Shown here one piece after another: positions 50,001-62,097 of a stretch of 64,000 nucleotides of DNA (positions are counted from its first letter, which is position 1; each line of letters starts with the position of its first letter). The position numbers and the translations under genes are program-made. The notes under the pieces are model-generated. The model had not been told where the DNA came from. It did no database searches and worked only from the letters and a program-made list of their open reading frames with translations. The stretch is from Amoebophrya sp. A120 (lineage: Eukaryota > Protista > Dinoflagellata), in contig CAJINV010000002.1 of assembly GCA_905178155.1 (NCBI GenBank), forward strand, positions 81,128-145,127. Direction: 5' to 3'.

Positions 50001-53000
50001 ATCTCTTTCGCCAGCAAGACAAATTTCCCAAAACGAAGGACGGCCAGGAATTTGTGTTCGCAGGTCGGCGTATTACTGGCATAGCACACCGTGGTGGTGG
50101 TCACGGGAAGGCTAGCAGCAAAGCATTACAGATACAGATCTTCCTTACACAAAATTAAAATAAACCGGTGGAGCAAGAAAAGAATTTATTTCCCGTCCTC
50201 GCTGACACCATGGCCATGCTTATTATAGCATGCTTAATCGGTGCTTGATTGCTCATGTCTGGTGGCAGGGCGCTTTTAATTATGATACACGTATTACAGT
50301 GAAAAACGCCCCCACATCCAAAGTTGCAATAATTTGTGATGCGGAGTTTCCAAATGAAAACTTTTTGTGATGCGTGAAAGGACTATGAATCTTTCTGATG
50401 CATCAAATTCTAGTCGTATATCTATATAGCATCGCTTGCATGACAAGCGCCGCTCTTGCTGGCGTCTTTTGCAATACAAATTTTTGCTAGAAAATGATCA
50501 CGAGGGGAAATCTGTGATGCTGATAGATGCAAGAGGGCGAGTGTTTCATTTGGAAAGGTTTGCAAGACAACTGCTCCCAAGGTCTCGGGTGGGGGCATTT
50601 TTCATTGTAGTAACACGTCCTCGTCCTCCCAGTCGATGAGCTCGTCCTCCTCTGCAAATTTCGGTATTCTGAGCAAAAACGCCCCCATCGCATAGCCAAG
50701 AACTTGGTAAATCTGCAACACTAATTCAGAACTTTTGGCCGTCGCGCATGACAAGTTTGTTCTCTCTGTAGTTTGAGTCCACTTTAGCACGAGCAGGCGC
50801 ATCACAAACCCATCTTCTTAATCTTATCCTGATCCTGTTATACAGCAGTACAAAATTCCAAAGTACGATCGGCAATGCCTGGGGTCAGGGGGATGAGCAT
50901 TACAAATTCTTTTCGACGTAATTGCAAATCTGCATGACAACAACTCTGGGATGGGGACGTTTTTGCTCAGGATATTCGGTTCTTCTTCTTCGTCTTCGCT
51001 GGTTTTTTTGGGCGCCTCGTTCTATCAGCAACAAACGTGTCTGTTCTTGGAAGACCACTGCAAACGCTATATCATGTAGGCTTTCCGTGCCCTCTCATGG
51101 TATCGGCATAACGTCAGAGCCTTGCAAATTCACATTTGCAACTTCGATGTTGCGATAGCGATGCCTATCCTGCATGACAAATGTCTTCTGAACTACCTCC
51201 TAACCAAGAATTATGCACAACTCCACCTCGTACTTACCTACAACCCACGACCGATGTATAGGAAAATTTGTGTGATCCTGCTCCAAATGTGGACGTGTCC
51301 CTAGTTTGCACTTTTCCAGGAGACCCAGACAAATTTGTAAAGCGTACTTTCGACGACGACGGTCCGGACACGACGTCATCGGAACAACCGGCTTCGCTGT
51401 CATCGTTCCACTCAAAGCTCTCGACCTGTCATGATTTTTCGAGACGAGTGTGCAGTTGATTTTGCATTACAGATACGCAGAGCAAGAGCACATGCATGGG
51501 AACAGTCATCATGCGCAAAAATATGGCTATTTTATCAACGGTGAATTCAGTATCGTCTGTTCTTTCGTACCTCCATCCCCGAGTCCGCTTCGTCCTTGGC
51601 CGCAGGCACTGACTTGTGCACAAGCCACCGCAGCCGATTTGGTGGCGGCACCAGCTGGTCGTCTGTAAAAAAGCGGTCGAGCCAGGTATCAAGTGCAAAA
51701 ATGTCTGGGTAAGAATGCATGTTTGTCATGCATGTCTGGCATGACTCTTCAATCTGTCATGCACGTTCCCCAAGAGCTCCATTTTTCTGTGATGCAGAAA
51801 CGCAGTTTGTCATGCAGAATAGGCAACACCTACAAGCTCAGAAACTTGTCATGCTGAGCCAGCATTTGTGGCCTCATCATGAGACGCCACCCAGCATCAC
51901 AAGTTTCCAAACCCAGACATTTTTACATTTGATACCATGTCCACGAGTGCAAATGCCGAATTTCCGTCACCGCTTCCGGATCGAAGGCGATCTCCATCAT
52001 CGTCCCAACGGCATTGCTATCCTGTGCAAAAGTATCGTACTCGTACTAATTGCATTTATGCTGTCTCAAGGCAAATCAGCATTACAAATTCAATCAATTT
52101 GTAATGCTGGGCCAATTTGTAATGCAATTTATACTAGTACGATGCTTTTGCATTGCATAATTGCAGATTTTTCGCGTTGCGGTTCCGCCACACACAACTG
52201 CCTCCACCAGCGGCACCTGTTCGTATAAATTGCAATCATGATATCGTTTCGTCGTCTCAACACTCTTTGTCATTTTAGTGCCAATTGCATGACGTCAAGG
52301 CTTTTTTTTTCAAATGAAACAAAAAATCAGATTCTTGTATCTCATCTCGGTGATGTACCTCAGAAGCCCCTGGAAACAAACTCGCCGATGAAGAGTCCTG
52401 TTGCATTACAACGCCGTCTATGGATTGTAAAAGTGTCTGGGTCTGGGAGGATGGAAGTTGTGATGCGTCCTGTGGGTCACAGAAAAATTTATAGTGTTGC
52501 GTGATCGCCAAAAGTTGTCCTTTTTGGACCAACATGAGCGGGAGTCTCTCATGCAGGATAGGCATGATAGAGACCCCGCAGAATCTGTCATGCTAATTCC
52601 TGCATTCCAGACCTCATGTCATGGGGCATGGAAAATATGCATGACAAGTTTGCACCACTCTTCCAGACCCAGACATTTTTGCGTTCGATACCGTCGCTGC
52701 CTTCCCTCACGTCCTGCTTGCCACCCTGGCCGTGGGTGGTCACTAGTGGAACAAGCTGCGGTGTAGCTGGCACTTTTGGGTACGAGCATGTTCTGGTGCT
52801 TCCATGGCCTGCTGGATTTGCGCCCGACCACGCAGCAGACACTTCTTGGCCAGGATCATCTTCTTGTGGAAGCAGCGTTTCTATCAAATGCAAATATGTG
52901 TGGGTCGTCTGGAAGGCTGCCAACTTGTGATGCTGCGTTTGGAATCTATACGAGCTCTGTATTGCATGAACAGTAAAAGACGAGGTCCACTCTTCGCTAC

Positions 53001-54435
53001 TTACGCGGAGAGGGCATTTCTCATGCGGTATGGGCATCAGAAGGCCCTCGCAGAACCTGTAATGCTAGGGCATGCATCACAGACGTCGTGGGTCATGCAA
53101 AATCTACATGACAAACTCCTGCACCCTTCCAGACCCAGACATGACTGCATTTGATAGTTCCCGGAGAAGTATTCTGCTTGGCGCTGTTTTCTTCATCCCT
53201 GGTGCGCGGAACAGGGATATTGAAAGCAAAAATCCCCCCTCCCCATATCGAAAAGGAGATCTGTGATGCTGGATTTGCGTACAGATTTGTGACGCAGTAA
53301 AGAACTGCACGCAGATCGCAAGCCTAGAGAGGGGCCTTTTGGTGTAGGCGCCTAGCATGGTAGACGGCTGCCCTGTAGTCCTTACAGCATCACAAATCGC
53401 CTGCATAGTGTGGCAGAGACCCTGGATTTGTTTTCTAGCAAGATAGACAGGATTTGTGGTCACAAATCTGCATCACAAATTTTCAGAAGATACGTTTTCG
53501 ATATAATGGGGAGGGGGTTTTTTTCCTTTCAATAAGGGACATCATCCGATCGTGATCTCTGCTGCTCGCCCTCGTCACAAAGATGTTGTAGTACTATCCT
53601 GTGCAAAAATATACCCTTCACCCCAGATGGTGCGCCATGCAGATTTTTATTTCCACGAACATGTGCTCTACTTCTCATGCGACTCGTCACCAAAACAGGA
53701 TATTTTTACATGATCGACGTGTAGTTTCGCAAATTGTAAATTGTAAAATGCTGCGGTCAGCACAACTACCATCCGACCCCCTACTCTGGTGCAATGCGGT
53801 TTTCCTTGCCAATCACCAGCAGTCTCAAGACCGAAACTTGTCATGCGGGATTCGCAAAAGAATTTGTATTTGATCTGTGTAGCAGAGCTCCCATCTACCA
53901 GGAAATAAGTTTGGGTGGCGGGTAAGTTTTCACACTAGATATTGCTAGACTGGATACTAAGGTGAGCTGTCGCCGCGCCTCCTGGTTTCATCTGGCGGCC
54001 GGAGTTGTTGTTTTGTTCCTGGTGGATCACGCGCACGAACTCGTCCCAGTTGGTAAATGAAACAGCTTCTTGTCTTCGTTCGGAGGACACTAGTAGTTTC
54101 GCTGTGTGATAATCTCCATCTGCATCTCCATCGGAGGACGACGACCCGCGTGCAGTACTAGAGGATGCTGATGCGTCGTTCTGCTGCCGGTTTCGAAGAA
54201 TCAAAGGAAGGATGAATTTGTTGAAGTCGGCTTCCCGTAGGGTGGCGGTGGTGCTCTGGCCGGAAACATCCTCCCTGTGGGCAGAGCCGTCTGCAGCCTG
54301 CCGGTGCGTTTCGTCTAAACCTTGTTGTACCTCTTGCATATCCACCATCTCGCTCTCCTGCTGTTCTTCGCACGGGTGCGGAGGAGAAAATCCTAAACTC
54401 AGGTCAAGTTCTTGGATGGCCATTTTGACTACCAC
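47076..54435 (-). CDS. Long multi-exon hypothetical protein(s); the 5' part is paralog 2 of 41499-43260
   Basis: Frames restored across 53218-53534, 52882-53156, 51687-51934 (HSWTW/LDRFFTDD) and 50665-50974 (SEDEEEEPK/FAEEDELIDWEDED). Continuity of the whole span is not proven. Confidence 0.55.
50665..50974. mobile_element. Family-F TIR introner-like element
   Basis: Family-F TIRs; perfect TTCGG duplication. Confidence 0.92.
51687..51934. mobile_element. Family-A TIR introner-like element
   Basis: Family-A TIRs; flanks CCAGG/CCATG. Confidence 0.88.
52018..52159. mobile_element. Family-D TIR introner-like element (142 bp)
   Basis: TATCCTGTGCAAAAGTATCGTACTCGTA ... TACTAGTACGATGCTTTTGCATTGCATA; perfect ATTGC duplication. 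Confidence 0.92.
52419..52690. mobile_element. Family-A TIR introner-like element
   Basis: Family-A TIRs; perfect CCGTC duplication. Confidence 0.92.
52882..53156. mobile_element. Family-A TIR introner-like element
   Basis: Family-A TIRs; flanks GTTTC/GTTCC; absent from the paralogous site near 42045. Confidence 0.9.
53218..53534. mobile_element. Family-C TIR introner-like element
   Basis: Family-C TIRs; perfect AGGGA duplication; the paralogous empty site has a single AGCGA (42102-42106). Confidence 0.93.
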
Positions 54436-55317
54436 ACGATCGAAATGCGACGAAAGGTGTGCAACAAGCTCTGCTCAACACACAATAGTGGAAGCGACTG
54501 CGTTCTGGTATCTTCGCACCTGGACGTTCGTTCATCCCCTGGCGCCGAAGCCGCACTGCATTTGGGATTGGGACTCTTTTGGTAAATGTTTTTTATCGTG
54601 TTATCTTTCTTATAGCTAGGAAAAGATAAAGAGAGTTGCAAAAAACGTAACTTCCACCACAATCTAGTATCGAAATCGGGGTTAATTGTTCTTGTTAGTT
54701 GTCGCAAAGGTGTAGAAAGAACTGTCGCACTTCGTTATGTATTCCCTTTCTAAAAGTCAAGTAGAAGAACAATGATTTCGAATCATATCGAGAATTTGTA
54801 CGCCGAAATACGACCCCCTCTCTCTCGCAACCGTTTCGTTCGGACGTCAACCACGAAGAATTAGATGAAGTTGCACCCCTCTAGCAATAAGCCAATCGCT
54901 CCAAGTCGACGTTGAGGTGAATCGAAATGCAGATGCAATCAACACAACTACGACTACCATGCTCAGCAACATCAAAAGTTAATATCTAAACTTGTACTAT
55001 GTGTACCACCTAAAGAGCCTGCACTACAGAGAAAAAAAAGTCCGACAAATTATCCCACCCTAGAATGATCGTTTGAAGAAGTATTAACTTCGACGTAGTA
55101 TTAAGTTGTAGAGTATTTGTCCCCTGGCCCTGGAAAGATGAACGTATCATACGACGCCCTGCAGCTACAACTCTCCCAGGACTCAAAAACCCGAACAGAT
55201 ACAGAGGTGCTGTTCAAAAGTAATAAAACTGAGGGTAATAAAATGCCGAACTGCAACATTTCTGCTCGAACAGAGTGGGGATATAGGAAAAAAACGACTT
55301 TGGGATGCTTTCCACGA

Positions 55318-55462
55318 TATGCATTGCAAAAGTATCGTATTCGTATAAGTGCAATACAAATTTCTGCAGCATGAGAAATAAAATTTGTAATGCAGATTTA
55401 GCTTAAGAAAGGGATTTGTAATGCATGATTGCAATACGAGTACGATACTTTTGCACAGGATA
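55318..55462. mobile_element. Family-D TIR introner-like element (145 bp)
   Basis: Family-D TIRs; perfect CACGA duplication. Confidence 0.92.
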
Positions 55463-56386
55463 CACGACGACAAGGAACAAACACAGAATCTTCGACACGA
55501 GGACCACAGGGGCGTCTTCATTTACCTGAGAGTGGCAAAAGTGAAGGGAGCGAGGAAGCTTGCGCCTTTTGCATCACAAGTTTGGCAAAGATTGTAGTTC
55601 TATCTATTGCGTCGAGAACTTGTCATGCGAAGCAGCTTTATCGTGTAGATACTTGTCTTTGTACAACAATTGCGCATGACAAATTCCTGTATATAGTTGA
55701 GAATGTAACGTCTGAGAACAGCATATAGGTCCGACGGCCACTCCCGTTCTTTAGCACAAGTGTACCTGTCGTATTCCCACATCGTTCTTGAGCCCGCGTG
55801 TTATGGTGGCACGACGGGCATGCTTGGGCAAACCGGAAGAAGCACGCTGACTTCCTTTGGCCTCTTCAAACCTGTGGGCCCACACCCCTGGGCCGCGCGA
55901 GACGCCAAAAGACGCCTCCCTGCCCCCGCCGTAGTCTACCGGGGCCGCGCCGGCGCTACAATGTTTTCGAACAGCGCCACAAGAGCGCCTTTGGGCGCAA
56001 TACAAAAAGCACCAACCCCGCCCGCCCCCCGCCCCCTGCTCCTTCACTGCAGGTGACACAAAAAGCGCGCAAGCCTTTCAATAGCATTCCATGTCTGTGG
56101 TCTTGGTTTTCTTTCAGCGTTCTGCTGTTCAAAAAAATCGCAGTAAGTCGCGGTCAGCTCAAGTACAAGTTTTTGTCGCAGCAGTCGTTTTGTCACAGCC
56201 CTGAGCCCCAACAGCGTGGAGGTTGTGGTGTGTCATGCTGGCCGCGAGAATCCGAATTCACGTCTTCTTCAAATTTGTCATGCTAATTGCAAACGTTTTC
56301 GCAAAGTGTTCTAGAACAGTCAAAAGTGAGTAATATCAGTTTGGATGTGTTTGTAGTTAAAGTGTAAATATAAGTGTCCGAGTTGA

Positions 56387-56977
56387 GTGCCACGCCCTCA
56401 ACATCATCCCCGCAGTCGTCTACTCGACCTCCTCCACCACGTGCGGCTTCTTCTGTTTCTGTTCCTCCAACCACTTCTGGAACGCGTCAAGGCCAGCACA
56501 ATGGTACGCGGTCAGGCGCCGGCGCTGACGGCGGAGCAGTTCCGCCGCGTTTTCGACGCCCTGCCGACGCCCCACGACTTGGTGTGGTTGCTTTCGTTTG
56601 CCCTGATGGCACCGGCGGCCGAGGTTTTGCAGCTACGGCGGGAGGACTTCGAGAGCCACCCGGGGCGCGTGCGGCTTGTGGGGCTGTCCGGAACAAAGAA
56701 AAAACCGCGCGTCGTTCCCCTCCGCGGGGAGGTGGCGCGGCTCGTCCAACTTGCTCTGGATGGGGAGTACCAATACAAGAACACCACATACCGGAAGGCG
56801 TTGCGCTTCCGGTTCGGCGCGGGGCGCGCAATTCCCCTCCAGCCGCAGTCGTACCGGAACACGCTCGCGGCGGTACAGGCGGGCGCCCCGGCAGACTGCG
56901 TGGTCGCGACCTCACACAGCGCAAAGCGAACGGGAATGACCCTGGCGGAGCGTGCCGGCCATCAGGTATGCTTTTGA
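56387..56977 (+). pseudogene. Tyrosine recombinase (phage-integrase fold), degenerate or incompletely modelled
   Basis: QAPALTAEQF...LVWLLSFALMAPAAEVLQLRREDF (box I, catalytic Arg read as Pro)...GTKKKPRVVPL...SHSAKRTG (box II HxxK/R). The ORF ends at the probable donor CAG/GTATG (56966); no catalytic-Tyr exon was identified. Confidence 0.75.
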
Positions 56978-57757
56978 TGTTTTGCAATGCTGCAACGCCC
57001 CGCCCCGCGGAAGCCGGGGCCCAGCGCGGCGGGCCCGGCCTAGTCCCCCGGTGGGGCCCCGGGGCCACGCCGGGGCGCGAGAAATTCAAAGGGAAAAGTG
57101 AAAAGATTTTACGCTGCGACAGAACAAGAAATGAGAACCGGGATCGCTTTGGCAAAAATGGAATGGATTTCGAACGCGCACCATCTCGGAATTCCTTCAA
57201 GTTGTTCTTTCATATAAGCGTATCTTTGAACTGGAACAAGACTGCAGAGCGGAGAGCAGAGACGTTTCGGCTAGTACGTTCACAGGCGTCATGATCAAGT
57301 ACGAGACACATGCAAGCGGCAGTGGATGGTGGGGCGGGCTCCGCAGAGGGGAAATGCAAAATGGTTGAGACCCACACAAATCAACTATATTCCCCGGGAG
57401 CCCCGGGCCGGGGGGTGTTCGATTTTTGATGAACTTCCGCGATTTTCCTTGTCTAACGCTCCCGTTCTTTAGCACAAGTGTACCTGTCGTATTCCCACAT
57501 AAGCAATTAAGTAAGACAGAGCAGTAAGTATATTGCTTACGAATAACAGTGAGTGCGCAGTGAGTTTCTAGCTTCAGCACGGACATCAAGTGAAGAGTCG
57601 CCACCACACAGAAACTACAACTACACGTTGTCAGTTTCACAGAACAACTGAAGTCAGCTTTCGAAGGAATAACTTAGAAAGATCTTCACACTGCTTAAGT
57701 ACAAACAGAATCTAGTAGGTACAAAAACTTGTAGTTGCAGTGGCGGACAGAGGAACT

Positions 57758-59090
57758 ATGCAGCCGAGCCAGAACAACGCCGGCGGAAGCAATACCCGCG
57801 GGAACGGTGCGGGAGCCGGCATGCAGCCGCCGGGGATGATGGCACACCCGATCGGGTTGTCCAAGAACACAACTGCTGGTGTGCCCGCCGGGTATGGCGG
57901 CTTGGGCTTGTCGGCCCCAAGTTTCTGGCAACTGGGTCTTATCGAAATGAAAAAGAACTCGCTTTCCGATTTCATTGTCCTTCGTCACGTTTTGCAGCGT
58001 TATCTTCCACCACTTGTTCCTTTTCGAATCATTTGTCGTGCTGGCGGCCGTAGTGGTAGTTTGCAACGGAGGTTCTCTGAAATCGCAAAGTTGTAGATGT
58101 CTTTTTCATCTCGATATCACAGTCCGGCAACCCCCGGTTCACGAAGCCGGGTACCCCGTACTACGGCGGTTTGGTGCAGCCGAACAATAACACCGGACCG
58201 GTGCAGAGTACCCGACCGAAACCAAAGCCGAAAATGCAGTTAACGTCGACGAACCCGAACCATCCTGCCGTGCAGCGCTTAGAAACGTCGGTTGCCACAT
58301 CGTCGACTACGTCCTCCGACGTGCTTCCCCCGCCAGCCCGCGGTGAAACGGTGTCGAAGGCGAACGGGGTGCTGCCGCCACCACAGAAACAGCACGCGAC
58401 CAACAAGGTTTCTTCGGTATAGTATAAGTACATCGATACGTCCACGTTATTGTATAGCGTTTTATCTCGGATTGTGATGCAAAGCAAGGTCAAGCTAGCT
58501 TCCAGGAAACAAAACCATAGCCATTTGAACAACAGAAGTAGAAAATGTATTCCCGCGAAATTCATTGCAGAGCCAGACTATAGCACAAAATGAAAATCCT
58601 GGATTATCAGGTAAGTGTCCAAATCCAAATGCAACCGTAGGTACCGGAGGTCAGCATGGACGTACCCATGCCAGACGTAGCTGCGAATCCGGTTGCTAGT
58701 ATCGCCAAGGGGGCGCCCGTCGTTTTGGACCAACATATCATTCCTGCTAGCCCGGCGTCATCAGGTCCGGCCAATGATTCCCTTGCGGCGTCATCAGGAC
58801 CGGCCCAGAGCGCGCCGGCGAGGATAGTTCCCTTGGCCAACAAGGCCACGCCGAAGGTAGGTTCCTAAATGTCTGGACGAAACGCATATTGATTTATAAA
58901 TTGTACGAGCCGCACATGATGAGCAAAGGTAGTTGAATCGACGCGCTTTGCATTCTGTTTCGTGAAAGAACTGCTGGGAACACTGTCTCCCAATTCTCAG
59001 GTTGTGGTGCGCCCGGCAGGTGCGGGTGTTGGTCACGGTGAAGTCCCCGCCTATGCCCAATTCAACGTCCGGGCCGTGAATGGAAGTCAG
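57758..59090 (+). CDS. Pro/Ala/Ser/Gly-rich protein with canonical GT-AG introns (3' end not found)
   Basis: Phase-0 AG/GT...AG/GT introns 58408-58640 and 58857-59000 join HATNK/VPEVSMDVP...KATPK/VVVRPAGAG...NGSQ; next donor at 59091; first intron boundaries unresolved. Confidence 0.6.
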
Positions 59091-60685
59091 GTACAATTGC
59101 GCCTCCACTGGTACTCATGTGGCCTTGGTCAGCATGTACTTGACAAAAACTAAGATTATGTTTACAAGTGTACCTGTCGTATTCCCACATCTGTCAAAAC
59201 GAAAAATCCCCCACGACCCGCCCATAGTCAAAACGAAATTTGTGACTCTAGATTTGTGCGCATGGATGTTGTCTTGCAGGAAGGAACTGCAACCAGGTAG
59301 TTTTTGTTTTGTTTGGTTGTAGCAATAGGATTTTGTTGCTTAGGGCTGTAAACTTTTTTTATTTTGTAGGTTGGAGAGCATGAGCACGAGCTTGCATATA
59401 ACTAACGCGGCTCATGCCTCTGCCTCCTTGCAAGACTTTGGCCACAAATCTGCACTGCCGCGTCGCATGCTTACTTATTTCCTTTTGACCATGGGGGGTG
59501 CGGGTTTGTTTTTCCTCACCATAGTACCGCGCCGCCCCAATTGGGGGATAATACCCCGATATGATTTTCAGCTCTGCAGCCATGTTCTGATGAATGTGAA
59601 TCGATTAAGGTTTATTTTGTCGCTTCTTTTTCTTTATTATTATTAGTAGTGCATCAATAGGGAACAATAGACAATCAGAAATATCGGCCTAGGGGTTTTA
59701 AAAATTGCGGTCAACGGAGAAAATAAAGATCTCTGTTTATTTCTGAAACAACTTCTACAACTGCGGGAAGAAATCCACGTAAACTTATAGATCGCTGAAA
59801 AAAATCGAGATCGAGATCGAGGTCGAACCAACTACATCAGTTTCACATCACATAGTCCAACAGCAAAAATCCTGAAACGGTTGTGCTCGAAGCAATCACC
59901 ACCAGCGAAATCGTCATCGAAAAAAGCGGCATACGACGAGCGGCTCTTGTTTCTCTTGTATCGATATTACATCAACTACTCGGTCGATAGCTACATCCCT
60001 TCTGTGTGCACAAATCAATCTTCGAGATGAAATAGACATTTTCAACGACGAGGGAGATCATCATCGAAACCGCACCAGGGAACAAACACAGAATCTTCGA
60101 CTCGAGGACCACGGGGGCCCCGATCCGGCTGCTGCCTTGTAGCACTGTTCGCATGACAAATTCTGGAAGCGAGAACAGCACTACAATCCGTGCATAAACT
60201 TGTCATGCACAGTATACACGTGTGCTGTTGTGTGTATTGCTGCTGATGCTATACGAATGAGGAACAGGGAACAAACACAGAATCTTCGACACGAGGACCA
60301 CGGGGGCGTCTTCAACCATCTGTTGCAGTCATGCATTACAAATCTTTGTTTTATGGTAAATCCGCATTACAAATTTTATCTCTCATGCTGAGGAAATTTG
60401 TAATGCATTTATACAACGAGAAAAAAAAACAATTATGGAGTTTGATGTCAGTTCTTTTTGCACAAAAATCTTCAATAGAGCGGACTACAACTAGAAGTTC
60501 AACTTCTCGTCGTGGCCACTTCTTCGGTCACTACTTGTAGTTCTAGCGTTGTGCTACAGTAAGAAATGCTGTAGGCCGCGTGAAGAAAAAAAAACTGTTG
60601 TATCATCCCAGTTCTTCCAACGGGGCGTTCTTCTATATACAACTTGAGTTCAACGCAGTCTTTTATCCATCACACGACCAAGCCA

Positions 60686-60931
60686 TGATCTTCGTATAGC
60701 GGTTGTAGTAGCAGTTGTAGTAGTGTTGTGAAGATTCCAAGTACTAGCAATTATGGGAGACAAAGAGGAGAGAAGGGGGAATCAACTCTCTCTGTCGCCT
60801 CGTTTTTTACTATGATCTTGGTAGCAGTTGTAGTAGCAGTGGTAGTAGTGTTGTGAAGATTCCAAGTAGTAGCAATTACGCGGGACGAGGAGAGAAGGGG
60901 GAATCAACTCTCTCTCACCTCGTTTTTTACT
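60686..60931. repeat. ~120-bp tandem duplication
   Basis: ATGATCTT...GTGAAGATTCCAAGT...GAGGAGAGAAGGGGGAATCAACTCTCTCT...CTCGTTTTTTACT twice. Confidence 0.9.
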
Positions 60932-61285
60932 CTTTCGCAGCACGAACTGTGTTTTCATTGCGCGTTTTGGTTCTTTTGGGTGGAGATTCTTCATGGTCTA
61001 GTGAGTTGTTTGAAGCAGAAAGCAAATATTTTTCTTTGCAGTTGTGTGTAATTTTGATTTTTAGTCATCATACAAGAGTAGCACAGGTCGACGCAAATAC
61101 AGTCGCTCACGACAACATCAGTGGCTGTTCTTCTTGCGCCGGCATCACGTGCTTGTGAAATTGGTCTTCGCGCTGTAGCGACACATGATGCATAAAATTT
61201 TGTAGCTGTACCGGGACTCCCGGCGCTACAACTTTTTGTATAGGTCCCAGTGGTCCGGGACCGGAAGCCTAATCTACTTTTAGTT

Positions 61286-61517
61286 TCTTCATTTATCATA
61301 CAAGAATGGTAAGTCTAAGCCTAAGTTCAACAACATAAATGACGGAAAGGAAATTTTGTTTTCTTCCTGGTGTGTTTGTTTTTAATCATCATACAGGAGT
61401 TCTTCATTTATCATACAAGTAGAATGGTTGTGAGTGGAAAGTAAATTTTGTTTTCTTCCTGGTGTGTTTGTTTTTGATCATCATACAGGAGTTGGTTCTT
61501 CATTTATCATACAAGTA
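61286..61517. repeat. ~95-115 bp tandem repeat, two copies plus a partial
   Basis: TTCTTCATTTATCATACAAG x3; AAATTTTGTTTTCTTCCTGGTGTGTTTGTTTTT x2. Confidence 0.9.
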
Positions 61518-61792
61518 AAAGCTGCACGCTTCCAGAAGACTGTGGATAGTGGCATCAGTATAAAATTGCCCACTACAGTGACTGTTTTTACTGCATCAGC
61601 TGCTGTGGGGGGGCCGGCTGATGATATACCACTCACTGCTCATGCAGTCTTTGCTGCTGAAGCTGCGCGGCATGCTGCCCGATGAGCCCGCGCCTCTGCC
61701 AGCACGCCCTGCAAAGCTCACTAGATCCCCTGCAGCATTCGGGCAAACTCCAGATACACACACTGCAGAACAGAATGCAACAATTCTCAAAG

Positions 61793-62097
61793 TATGAATT
61801 GCAAATATGATTCGGTCTGGAACACTGCGTCTTGATCTTGTTGTCACGTTAGGTCTGGCTCGTGCAAAATTCATCTGTGTTGCATGGTTACCAAAGGTTG
61901 TCCAATTTTGACCACAGACATTGTTTCTACGCGACAGTTTCTCACGCGGGATAGGCATGAGAGAGATCTCGGCCCCACGCACATTTGTCCACCTGCTAGG
62001 TCATTCGCCCAAAGCTCATGGGTGGTCATGGAAATAAACCTGCATGACAAATCTTGCACTACGCCTACTCCAGACCCAGACATATTTGCATTTCATA
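61793..62097. mobile_element. Family-A TIR introner-like element (flanks decayed)
   Basis: TATGAATTGCAAATATG ... CATATTTGCATTTCATA. Confidence 0.75.

Larger units (their letters stand above)
55741..59190 (+). repeat. Direct repeat, three copies (55741-55782 and 57459-57500, 42 bp identical; 59164-59190, last 27 bp)
   Basis: CTCCCGTTCTTTAGCACAAGTGTACCTGTCGTATTCCCACAT; the 3' ends are 1,718 and 1,690 bp apart. Confidence 0.95.
55474..60314 (+). repeat. Dispersed 40-47 bp direct repeat, three copies (55474-55520, 60079-60118, 60268-60314)
   Basis: GGAACAAACACAGAATCTTCGAC(A/T)CGAGGACCAC(A/G)GGGGC. Confidence 0.9.

Noticed and set aside
10433-53266. Recurring peptides PDPDIFA, FQTQT, MSGSGR, KIPPPHI and LSC/HDK/VM in many short ORFs, suggesting a protein family
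   Set aside because: They are translations of the TIRs and the GCATGACA box in different frames, not conserved proteins
56374-57294. 306-aa plus ORF and 237-aa minus ORF (56487-57200) overlapping the recombinase
   Set aside because: GC-rich shadow frames; only the 56387 frame has recognisable motifs
55741-60314. 27-47 bp repeats as CRISPR repeats or LTRs
   Set aside because: Spacing is 0.15-4.6 kb, the repeats are too short for LTRs, and no RT, RNase H or integrase is seen
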